From Chiloscyllium plagiosum (taxonomy: Eukaryota), in NCBI RefSeq assembly GCF_004010195.1, contig NC_057720.1:17876863-17896862 (forward strand): 20,000 bases of DNA. Direction: 5' to 3'. Every line of letters begins with the position of its first letter. Position 1 is the first letter of the stretch. Both the position numbers and the translations under genes were made by a program. Shown piece by piece: positions 9,713-19,407 of the stretch. Below the pieces are notes generated by a model. The model did not search any database. It was not told the DNA's origin and was given only the letters and a program-made list of their open reading frames with translations.

Positions 9713-11089
9713 TTATATTTTGTAGCTCAATTTTCCAAGCTCATTTCTATTGCAGACTAAATGCATTGTAATGTGTTTATGTTCAAATTGTTTATTTCAT
9801 CACTGTGTGAACTTGCTGCAAAATTGACTCCAGGCCAGTGTAAATGTGAAAACAGCTGTGGTGGTTTGCATGGTATGTGTGTAGTAAGAGTCATGATGTC
9901 ACTACAACAAATTGTCTCTATCAATGCTGATGATGGTGCTCTTTCACTGTACAGAGGCATATTTGGGTCACAGCGTGTATTTTAGAGAAATATTCAAGTA
10001 TAATAACCTTGTTTGTGTGATCATTTTCTAAATCAACTTCTCTTATTGCTTGTTACCATGCTTGCATTTATAATGGGAATGATTCTGTAATTACAATCTT
10101 CTGCCAATGATGATGTAGCACTTCAACCTGTAGCACAATGCATAAGAAATGCAGCAGCCAACTCTCATTCTTTATTTCACAAATTACTTTAGGTTCCATC
10201 TGAATATAACAAAAGCAAATGCATGGCAATAAGATGGGTTCAATTACATCTGCATGCCCTGACCTCTTTCCGATTTTCATCTAATCCTTTTAATCTGAAG
10301 GTTGCACTTGGTCCTTGCTCCTAATGTACAAAGGCACAGATGATCAAAAATATAAAATTATACTTCTGCAGTATTTATCCTTAATTGTATATACTTTGTG
10401 GGTTTCTGAACCCTAGGGGTCTATAGAAGTGAAATTCAAAAATATTTTATCGTTTACTGGGTGTTTCCTACTTTGGAAAGGCTTCCCAAATGCCAAGTTT
10501 TTAAAAATTGGTATCTTTAACTTGTGGGCATTGCTATCTGTGTAAGACTTGCATGTTGGCAATCAGAGCATTAAAATGATACAAGAGTAGCTGAAAACAT
10601 ATTCTCTATAACCATACTTGGTGGCAGCTTTTCTGGACTAATCAGGCGCTTGCAATGTGGTTGATTTCCTTCTATACTTGTCATAATACCCTAAAACATG
10701 TGTCCTTAAATTTATTTTTGTGTTTTAGTGCTCTATTTGAATGATCCCTTCTGTTAGGAGCACTTGCTGACTGTGTCTTAACTTATTTTGAACTGTTGAG
10801 GAATTAAGTTTGGCCATGTTATTGCACCCACATAACATCAATGAAGATCTACCCAAGCATCCCAGTTCATGAAATATTATGTACAAATATGCATTTAGGG
10901 ATGACTGAAGTGTTTGTAATTTTATATCAATAATTTCATTTTTTTTAGGAATGAAGTATATCCCAAATCAGAATTTTCCCAAAATAAAGTTCTTCTATTT
11001 ATCACTGAATGGAATCTTGAATTTAGCTTTTTGGGGGAATAAAAATATTTGAGATAATATTCAGACTACTGCTTCCCTTCTTCAGCCAG

Positions 11090-11199
11090 CGTACAAAAGT
11101 AATAAGATTATGCTTCAGCTGTTACAAGGCATTGAGATAATATCTGGAGTGCTGAATAGAGTATTATTTAAAGATGACATTGAATGCAGTTCAAAGAAG
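11090..11199 (+). CDS. Candidate internal exon (A)YKSNKIMLQLLQGIEIISGVLNRVLFKDDIECSSKK
   Basis: Polypyrimidine acceptor cttcccttcttcagccag (AG at 11085 or 11089), donor AAG|gtaaaa at 11200, open frame across the whole segment, unique sequence. Confidence 0.65.
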
Positions 11200-11259
11200 G
11201 TAAAATGTACAAAAACCTGAAGTGGACAGATTGCCTTATGAGGATATGTTGGACAGACT

Positions 11260-11925
11260 GTAAGACATGGGGCAGAAGTAGGCCATTTGGCCCAGCAAAA
11301 CTGCTGCACCATTCAGTGTGATTGTGACAGGTCTGATCTGATAATCCTCAACTGTACTTTTCTGTCTATTCCCTGTAATCATTGATTCCTTGTAATGGTT
11401 AAAACATTTAGGTTAGCTGTAACTAATTACTGACCAAGCCTCTATAACCCTCTGCAGTAAAGATTTCTACCAATTCATTACCCTCAGAAGTCCTTCCATA
11501 TCTTTGTCTTAACTGGGGAGCCCTTTAGTCTAAGATTATGCCAGTGAGTCCTAAAGTTTCCCACAAGGGGAAATAATTTCTCTGCATCTACCCTATCACA
11601 CACACCCTCCCCCGCCCAAGGTCACCTCTCATTCTTGTAAACTCCGATCAGTACAGACAACACCTACTTGACCTCTCCTCTTCAGAAAATCCCTCCTTGC
11701 CTGAGATCAATTTAGTGGTCCTTCTCTGAACTACCTGTAGTGTTGAATATCTTCCATTAGATAAATGGACCAAAACTGATTACAGTATTTTAGGTAAAAT
11801 CTAATTAGTGCCTTGCGTAGTTTTAATAAGGCTTTCCTAGTTTTCATATTCTATTCGCTTTGACAAAAAAGCCAGCATTCCATTTGCCTCCCTTATTATC
11901 TCATGAACTTGTATGCTAGCTTTGC
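11260..11925 (-). mobile_element. Old CR1 LINE 3' portion
   Basis: Tail taagacatggggcagaagtaggccatt, then reverse-complement ORF2 C-terminal motifs (accaaaactg..tacagtat, gccagcattccatttgcc). Confidence 0.82.
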
Positions 11926-13264
11926 TATTTGTGCAAATTACTTGCCCAGTTAAGACCAAGGTGAGAATTTCCTCTGAGTCTTTGCAATTCTGTTTCTCAA
12001 ATAGTGTTGAAAGCAAAGTATTTTAATCTCTTTAAGGCAAATGTTTCATTGCGTAAATAAGATGTTGCCACTCTGTTCTTGTCTCCTCTTTTTATTAATT
12101 ATAAATATTATGCATGTTACTGTTAATAAATCATGTAAAACATTTGTTTTTTGGTATTCAGGAACATGAAGCATTTGAATCTCTCTGAAAAAGCAGTATT
12201 GTCAATTTTGTCTTTAAATCTGTCACTGACTGACCTGTTTATTATAATATTATGATTACAATTGCAGCTCCTCTCTTTTTAAGCAGCTTAAATAATTCAC
12301 AATTCTTTTCACTAAATGGCACTAGTTGTCAATGCTTGATGAGCCTTATTCTCTCATATCGGGTGACGATGCTTTTGAAAACATTGACAATCCATATAAC
12401 CTTTTAATTGTTTTGGGTGCAAATGAGAGAAATCAAAAATAGTATACAGCAGTTTTTACTTTAAAAGTGATTTGGAAAATAATTAATAACTAGGACTTGG
12501 AAAATATATCAATTGTGTACAGCTAGTCTTTGATACTGTGTGCTATTGAGAAGTTCTGATCAGGTTTTGTCATATGAAAGGAAATCTTTCATGACTGATA
12601 AATGTGATCTTTAGTATTGCTTGGCTGTACTCGTACAGTCATACCACATGTACTTGCTATGAAAGAGATAAATCATTTATGTAGATTCCTTGATAATTTA
12701 GGCCTTATGATTCCTCAAATTGCAGCATGTGTTTGCAACACCAAATCTTCATTACCTGTTCTGGTTACCCTCCCTATTCAATTTTTTATAAGAGGTGTGT
12801 GTTTATGTCTGTTTATATAACCTCAGCTTGTTTACAGAAAATTGCAGGTAGATTAAAAAATCTACATTACCCATATGTTGGAAGCTATTTCAGATAATGA
12901 CAGTGATTGTCTGGTAAATAGTGTTCAACTTGACATCTTGCAAGCCTGGATATTTGAAGCACAAGATTTCTGTAGTTCATTGAATCAAGCCATAACTTGC
13001 TAAAGTCATATTCTGTGAAATTAATGGGAAATTTTTTTCAGAATTTGCCTGTTTACGTCATAAGTTCAGCTATATATTGAAAACTTTCAGTCTTATTTTA
13101 AGACTGGTGATCTCAATTATTCAAAGCTTGGAATGAAATTAAAAAGAAAATTTTAAGACTGGAAAAATGGCACCCTAAAAAGTGATGTGTATACTTCACA
13201 GTTCTGTAACTGCCCAGTTATTGTCTAGTTGCTAATATTATGGGTATTGAATCTATCTTGCACC

Positions 13265-13733
13265 CTTCATGAGCTTGACTTCACCAAGACTCTGCCCATA
13301 TCCAAACACCCACCAAAGTCCACTTCATGGTCACTTCTGTACTTGTTGATCTACATTGGCTCCAATCTCAGGATGCCTCAATTTTAAAATTTCATCTTTT
13401 TTGTTTTCAAATTCTTCCATGGCCTTGCCTCTTTATCTCTTTATCCTACTTAGCCCTCTATAATCTCTGAATTTTGTTTCTTATTGCTACCTAAATTTGA
13501 TTGCTGTACTGTTGGTAGCTGTGCTTTCAACTGCCTGGCTCCAAGTTTTAGAATTTTCTCTCTCAACTTCTGCACCTCTTCTCCTTTAATTCATTGTTTA
13601 AGCCCCACGTTCTTGACCAAGTTTTGGTAACCTATTCTAATATTTCCTTACGTAATTTTTTTTTTGATGCTCCTATGAAACATCTTGGAACATTTAACTA
13701 TATTAAAAATATTATATAAATGTAAACTATTGT
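13265..13733 (+). mobile_element. L2-clade LINE 3' end
   Basis: Degenerate DLHWL...FKI...FHGLA coding segment and an L2-like tail (tatgaaacatcttgg...tatataaatgtaaactattg). Confidence 0.75.
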
Positions 13734-13742
13734 ATTCTACAG

Positions 13743-13798
13743 CTTCACTTGGATGAACAAAACATGCTGTTCTACAAAATAGTAACTGTATTTCAAAG
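13743..13798 (+). CDS. Candidate internal exon LHLDEQNMLFYKIVTVFQ(R) (phase 0 to 2)
   Basis: tattctacag| acceptor, AAG|gtaact donor, 56 nt open. Its phases exactly bridge exon ends 11199 and 14878. Confidence 0.6.
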
Positions 13799-13850
13799 GT
13801 AACTTGCAACTAATTTATGTAATTGATGCTAAATATTTACATATTTTTCT

Positions 13851-14020
13851 ATGTTTCAGATCCAGTGACCCTTCAACACTCTTCTTAAGAAGGATCACTG
13901 GACCTGAAATGTTATCTCTGCTTTCTCTGCATGGATGCTGACAGACTTGCTGAGTTTTCCAAGCAGTTTCTGTTTTATTTTTTCTGAATTCCAACATCTG
14001 CAGTTCTTCTGGTCTTTTAT
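13851..14020 (+). mobile_element. Penelope-like pLTR remnant with inverted 5' piece and TSD
   Basis: gaaggatcactggacctgaaatgtta...ggatgctgacagacttgctgag...ttccaacatctgcag. 21-bp inverted copy at 13854-13874. Flanking duplication tacatatttttct / tatgtatttttct. Confidence 0.82.
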
Positions 14021-14527
14021 TATGTATTTTTCTGTGTTGAATTTTAACCCTATCATTTTAATTAGAAATTACAATTAACTCATTCATTATCAAGAAATTT
14101 AACACTTTCTTAAAAGGAACTCAATATTGCATTAACAGAATGCAGATGAAGATTTTCTCATCTACCTGTCACAGTAAATCTTTTGTTCATAACAGCTTCA
14201 CTACTGCATTCCTAATAAATTAGATGTTGTTTAAGGTCTCTGCAAGATGGAACTTGTAAATTGAAAATTTCCATAATAAAGGTGAAATAAATCCACCCTT
14301 GTCTGTGATCATGTTTTTTGAAATTTAAGCAGTTGATTTTTAAAATTCTTAAATTTAATTGTACCTCTTTCCCACCTTCGTTGCTAGTTTGCACAAAACT
14401 GGCATATAGCGAGTACATATTTTCTGTTGGATAAAAAGTGTGTTGAATGACTTTTGTTTAAATTGCGATTGCTTCATTTTGTGTCGCAGATTCATGCATA
14501 GTCAAAGTGTTGTAATCATCTGACACT

Positions 14528-14735
14528 GGGGGTCAGTTAGTTCAGTTGGCTGAATGGCTAGTTTGTGATGCACAGAGAGCTAACAACCTGGGTTCAATTC
14601 CTGCACTGGCTGAGGTTGCCATGCAAGGCTATCTTTCTCAACCTCTCCCATTGCCTGAGGCCCAGTGATCCTCAGGTTAGACCACCATCTTTCTCCAACG
14701 AGAGAGCAACCCTATGATGAGACTATGGCAACTGA
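14528..14735 (+). mobile_element. tRNA-derived SINE
   Basis: tagttcagttgg A box, ggttcaattcc B box, internal cctgagg/cctcagg hairpin, gactatggcaact tail. Confidence 0.78.
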
Positions 14736-14877
14736 CAAATGTTTATTGATCATCAGTTGTGAAAATTTGTCATTTTATGTAAAATTGAATTTTTAAAAGC
14801 ATCTTGAATAATGGAAAACATCCAACCTTTTTTTTTAAAAACTCATTCTTACAATCTGTATGTCTGTTTTGATGCAG

Positions 14878-15025
14878 GTTAGATGTGAAGATTTCAGCAC
14901 TACAGGAAGCTCTGCAGAAGCTCACCTCCGAACTGTTTATATCTACACTTATGAAAGAAGTTCATATCCAGAGTGAAGACCTGAAGAACCTGAGAAACAT
15001 TTTCAAATGTCATGATGACAGTTGA
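14878..15025 (+). CDS. Candidate last coding exon LDVKISALQEALQKLTSELFISTLMKEVHIQSEDLKNLRNIFKCHDDS*
   Basis: tgtctgttttgatgcag| acceptor, phase-2 start, 48 open codons with amphipathic/coiled-coil pattern, TGA at 15023-15025. Confidence 0.62.
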
Positions 15026-15587
15026 AAATGATCAGGTCAGGAACTAATATTTTGATAACCTAAAAGACTGTCATAGTTTGAATTACAAAGCTATATGAAG
15101 CAAATCTCTATTAGTCTTCCACTTAGTTATTGTTAGACTATACATGTTTTTATTGCAGTTATTTTCTATGAGCGTGTTCTTAATTTTTAAGCTTTGAAGA
15201 TGAGCAGTAAGCTTTCATTTGTGCGTACTATATTTCTTCTTGCCCATGAGTGATTATTTGTTCTAGAATACTCTCTATTTTTCCTGGTTTGATATCCTCA
15301 TTATAGGAGTAAAAGTATAAATTACCAAAGTGTGATAATTAACGTGCATCTAGTTCCTAATTGTTCCTCTCAGGGTTACTAGAATAGTATTCATTTGACA
15401 CTTTACCTGTGAAATGTAAAGATCCTTTCTCGGGGATAATGGATCCATTCTTTGTCTTGTTTGTTGCTTCCTAATCCCTCTTTGTTGCCATCCTCCTTGT
15501 ATTTAACATTTTAACAGTTGTAAACATCTTTACTTTTTTGCATCTTTATCACTTGCAAATTAGGATGTTATCATATTTCTAATGTCA

Positions 15588-17397
15588 TTTAGGAACATAG
15601 GAATACACATAGACTTTCAGACCCTCAATTTGTTATACCATTTCATGAAATCATGGTTGGTCTGCAGCCTAACTTCATTCACGTACGTTGCTTGGGCTCC
15701 ATTCCCAGCAAAATTCTATCAATTTCAAATTTAAAGTTATCAATTATACAAACACAAATTAGGAGCAAGAATAGTCCCCCTCTGCCACTCAATAAAATAA
15801 TGGCTGATCTGGCAACCACATTCCAGCCTACCCTCTAACCTTTCATCTCCTTACTTAACAAAAATCTATCTCTGCCTTAAAAAAAAATTCAAAGACTGCT
15901 TCCACCACCTTTTTGAGGAAGAGTATTCCAACAAGTTGTGATCTTATTAGAAAATTCTCTTCATCTCCATCTTGTATGGTGGAGTTCTTAGATTTAAAAT
16001 GTGATCCCTAAATTTAGATTCTCACACATTTTTTCTATATTTACATATCCACCCTATCAAGACCCCTTAGAATCTTGTGTTTCAGTTGTCGCCTATTGCT
16101 CTTCTAAACTCCAGGTATAAGTCAAGCCTCTTCAACCCTTCTTCATAAGGCCCACCCCTCCCAAAAGATGTATGTCTCGTGCACCATCTTTGAACTGCTT
16201 CCAATTATTTAAATCCTTAAATAAGGAAATCAATACTGTAGACAGATGTGCTGTTATACTTCCAATGTCCTGTAAAAATGAATCATACTTTTGTACTGGT
16301 ATCCTCTCAAAAATAAATCTATAGTTTTCCCAATTACTTGCTGTACCTGCATACTAACCTTTAGCAATTCATGGTTAGCAGTGCTGCCTCACAGCGCCAA
16401 GAGACCCAGGTTCAATTCCCGCCTCAGGCAACTGTCTGTGTGGAGTTTGCACATTCTCCCCATGTCTACATGGGTTTCCTCCCGGTGCTCCGGTTTCCTC
16501 CCACAGTCCAAAAATGTGCAGGTTAGGTGAATTGGCCATGCTAAATTGCCCATAGTGTTAGGTGAAGGGGTAAATGTAGGGGAATGGGTCTGGGTGGGTT
16601 GCTCTTCGGAGGGTCAGTATGGACTTGTTGGGCCGAAGGCCCTGTTTCCACACTGTAAGTAATCTAATGTGCTAGGATACCCAGATCCCTCTGTCTGAGC
16701 TCTGCAATTTCTCACCATTTAGATGATATGCTTTTTCATTCTTCCTTCATAAATGGACAGTTTCCCATTTCTCACATTATATTCCAATTGCCATATCTTT
16801 GGCCACTCACATAACCTATCCACATGCTTTTGTAGCCTCCTTACATCCTCTTCATAATTACAGTTGTGTCATCAGCACAAATAGCAACCATACTTTGTCC
16901 CTGTTATCCAAGTTTAGATAAATTGCTAAAAATTGAGGCTCGAGCACTGATGCTGAGAGCCCTCCATGCCAATATTTTATCCCTACTCTTTTTTTTTGTA
17001 ATAACTTTCATTGTGACACCTTATCAAATGCCTTCTGGAATTTAAGTACATTGCATCCACCAGTTCCCGTTTATCCACGACACATTGCATCTTCAAAGAT
17101 TTCTAACTTGGTTAAACATAATTTCACTTTCACAAAACCATGTTGACTCTGCCTGATTACCTTGAACTCATCTTGATGCCCTTATATGTTAAATAAAAGC
17201 TTCTGACAGCTTTCCTGTTCCAGATGTTAAGCTCACTGGCCTATAGTTTCCTCCTTTCGGTCTCCATCCCTTTTTGAAGAAAGGAGTTACATTTTCCATT
17301 TTCCAATCAAATGGAACCTTCCTGAAACTAGGGAATTCTGATAAATTAAAATCAGTTTATTAATCTCTCTCACCACTTCTTTTAACACTGTAAGATC
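15588..17397 (-). mobile_element. Old CR1 LINE 3' portions (two stacked tails at ~15590 and ~15758) extending into RT, interrupted by HE1
   Basis: taggaacatagga and ttaggagcaagaa tails; reverse-complement RT motifs (gtgtcatcagca = ADDT, caccttatcaaatgccttctggaa = FQKAFDKV, cacaaaaccatgttgact = SQHGFV). Confidence 0.85.
16372..16666 (+). mobile_element. HE1-type V-SINE, slightly 5'-truncated
   Basis: B box ggttcaattccc, V-domain tgtgtggagtttgcacattctcccc...ggtttcctcccacagtcc, CR1-like tail gggccgaaggccctgtttccacactg. Confidence 0.93.
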
Positions 17398-17414
17398 ATC
17401 TGATGCTTTTGAGG

Positions 17415-17500
17415 GAGAGTGTTCCACATTTTTGTGTGAGGAAGTGTTTCCAACTTATCTCCTGAATGGCCTGACTTTCATTTTAACGTCATGTCCCTTT
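17415..17500 (-). mobile_element. Small old CR1 3' fragment
   Basis: gagagtgttccaca...gtgtgaggaagtgtttcc...ttttaacgtcatgtccc resembles the reverse of the GH.LK...FFTQ..WN region. Confidence 0.55.
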
Positions 17501-17740
17501 GTGTTAATACATCATTCATAAATGTTGGGAACAGTTGAAACTCCAGAAAAAAAATCCTTGTGGGACACTACTAGTCACGACTTTGATTTGACTGCATACC
17601 TATGATCCATATAAACCGAGCCTATGTTTGAGTTGAATTAATCCAAAATATTTATTGAGAAGTTGGAAGTTTAAGCTTCTTGATAACAGACAGTAAGAGA
17701 GTTGTTATCTATTTGCTATGAAAACCTTAACTGCTTTTGC

Positions 17741-18016
17741 AAAACCCAGGTTCGATTCCAGCCACTGGCGACTGTCCGTGTGGAGTTTGCACATTTCCCC
17801 GTGTCTGCGTGGGTTTCCTCCAGGTGCTTCGGTTTTCTCCCGCAGTCCAAAGATGTGCAGTCAGGTGAACTGGCCATGCGAAATTGCCCACAGTGTTAGG
17901 TGCATTAGTCAGAGGGAAATGGGACTGGGTGGGTTACTCTTCAGAGGGTTGGTGTGGACTTGTTGGGCCGAAGGGCCTCTTTCCACACTGGAGGAATCTA
18001 AATCACAAAAAAAAAA
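17741..18016 (+). mobile_element. HE1-type V-SINE, 5'-truncated, A-rich tail, 7-bp TSD cttttgc
   Basis: Homologous to 16372-16666; cttttgc at 17734-17740 and 18017-18023. Confidence 0.93.
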
Positions 18017-18354
18017 CTTTTGCTGACCAAGCACACAGTACACAATGGGAGTACATTGTTAACTGGATATTAAATGACAACATCCATTTATTTTAGTTAA
18101 TTTAGACAACACTTGTATTCGGTGTGAAGTCCAGTTGTACAAAAATACATAATGTAGTTAGAGTAGTATTTAATGTGCTGAACGTTGATTTTGTGTGTGG
18201 ATAGGATCTGTTATTACATAGGATATGCAAAAGGCCAAGTTTATAGAGTATAATGATTAGAAAGTGACAACTTGCAAGTTGTGCACCCTTGCTTTGCATT
18301 ACCATCGCCATCTCCCTCCAACTATCTCAATTAATTGCCTTGGGAAGGGCAGAA

Positions 18355-18468
18355 AACACAAGAAATAGGTTCAGAGGTAAGCTAGGCGCTGAGTCTACTC
18401 CATCATTCAACAAAATCATGACTGATCTGATCTTGTTCAAGTTGACGTTTTTCCACCTATTCCCATAA
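18355..18468 (-). mobile_element. Old CR1 3' tail fragment
   Basis: cacaagaaatagg...cattcaacaaaatcatgactgatctg. Confidence 0.65.
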
Positions 18469-18469
18469 G

Positions 18470-19309
18470 CTGCCTGGACTGGAGGGCTTGCCTTATGAAG
18501 AGGGGTTAGTGACGATTCGCCGCGGCACATTCACCGCCGCCGATTAGCCACTGCCGATTCGCCACCAGCATTTCTCCACTGGGGTCGTTTGACCTCTGGA
18601 GACTATTCACCACCGGAAATGTATATATGTAGTGATTGTTTTCCCTCCCGCCTGTTCTTTCCTACTTCTCAGTCCCCTTTATTTATACAACAACATAGTA
18701 CATATTGATTTAAAAAAAAAAGAGGTGAAATAAATATCATTTTATTGGTTTATACATAAAAATGAGTTACAAACACTTGCGGTGGCGAATCATCCTCAGC
18801 GGCCAGTGGGCGGTGGCGAAGCGTCCTCGGCAGTGAAAGGGCAGTGGCTAATTGGCAGCGGCGAATCAGCGGTGGCAAATGGTCCCATCCCGATGAAGAG
18901 AGGTTGACTAAGCTCGAACTTGTCTCTCTGGAGAGAAGGAGGAAGAGAGGTGACCTGATCAAGGTATATAAGAGGAATGGATAGAGTCAATGGCCAGAGA
19001 CTTTTCCCCAGGCAGGATTGACTGGCACGAGGAGACATAGTTTTAAGATATTAGGAGAAAGGTATAGAGGGGACATCAGAGGAAGGTTCTTTACGCAGAG
19101 AGTTGTGAATGCATGGAATGCGTTTCCAGCAGTGGTGGTGGAAGCAGAGTCAATGGGGACATTTAAGCGACTGCTGGACATGCACATGGACAGCAGTGAC
19201 TTGAGAGGTGCTTAGGTTAAGTTTTTTTTTATTTTACATTACGATTAATCCTCAGCACAACAACATGGGCCAAAGGGCCTGTTCTCTGCTGTACTTTTCT
19301 ATGTTCTAT
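18470..19309 (+). mobile_element. Young 5'-truncated CR1 LINE 3' end, split by a MITE
   Basis: LPGLEGLPYEE|RLTKLELVSLERRRKRGDLI once the insert is removed; ORF 19018-19215 RHSFKILGERYRGDIRGRFFTQRVVNAWN; tail ttctatgttctat. Confidence 0.93.
18503..18891. mobile_element. Non-autonomous DNA transposon (MITE), MULE/Ricksha-like, 389 bp
   Basis: GGG...CCC termini, ~115-bp imperfect TIRs built from ATTCGCCRCCG-like units, AT-rich core, 9-bp TSD tatgaagag (18494-18502) / gatgaagag (18892-18900). Confidence 0.85.
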
Positions 19310-19407
19310 AAGCATTGGTGAGGCTAGAGTATTGTGTGCAGTTCTGGAATCCACATTATGGGAGGCTGTGATAACACAAGAGAGTGCAAAGGATATTTAC
19401 CATGATG
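19310..19407 (+). mobile_element. Old CR1 ORF2 fragment
   Basis: gcattggtgagg..ctagagtattgtgtgcagttctggaatccaca encodes ALVR..LEYCVQFWNPH. Confidence 0.8.

Noticed and set aside
10106..10203. Second C/D-like pair AATGATGA...CTGA
   Set aside because: No terminal stem or guide recognised; such motifs are expected by chance in AT-rich DNA.
10757..11052. Acceptor-like sites at 10756 and 10948 with short open frames
   Set aside because: Both frames reach stops without a usable donor.
12326..12390. 9-bp stem ttgtcaatg/cattgacaa enclosing TGATGA
   Set aside because: No canonical D box, no extended pre-miRNA pairing, and a 9-bp stem at this spacing is expected by chance in 20 kb.
6834..15025. Idea that the exon chain encodes a class I helical cytokine
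   Set aside because: A phase-2 intron within the putative mature domain and the very short hydrophobic leader do not fit; no family motif recognised.
15520..15535. tgtaaacatc, similar to the miR-30 5' end
   Set aside because: The match stops after 10 nt and there is no hairpin partner.
18267..18282. Perfect 16-bp palindrome acaacttgcaagttgt
   Set aside because: One such palindrome in 20 kb is not improbable, and there is no supporting context.
18510..18885. Short repeated GC-rich units as a CRISPR-like array
   Set aside because: The units are ~11 bp, have no unique spacers, and are mirrored as TIRs of a MITE in eukaryotic DNA.
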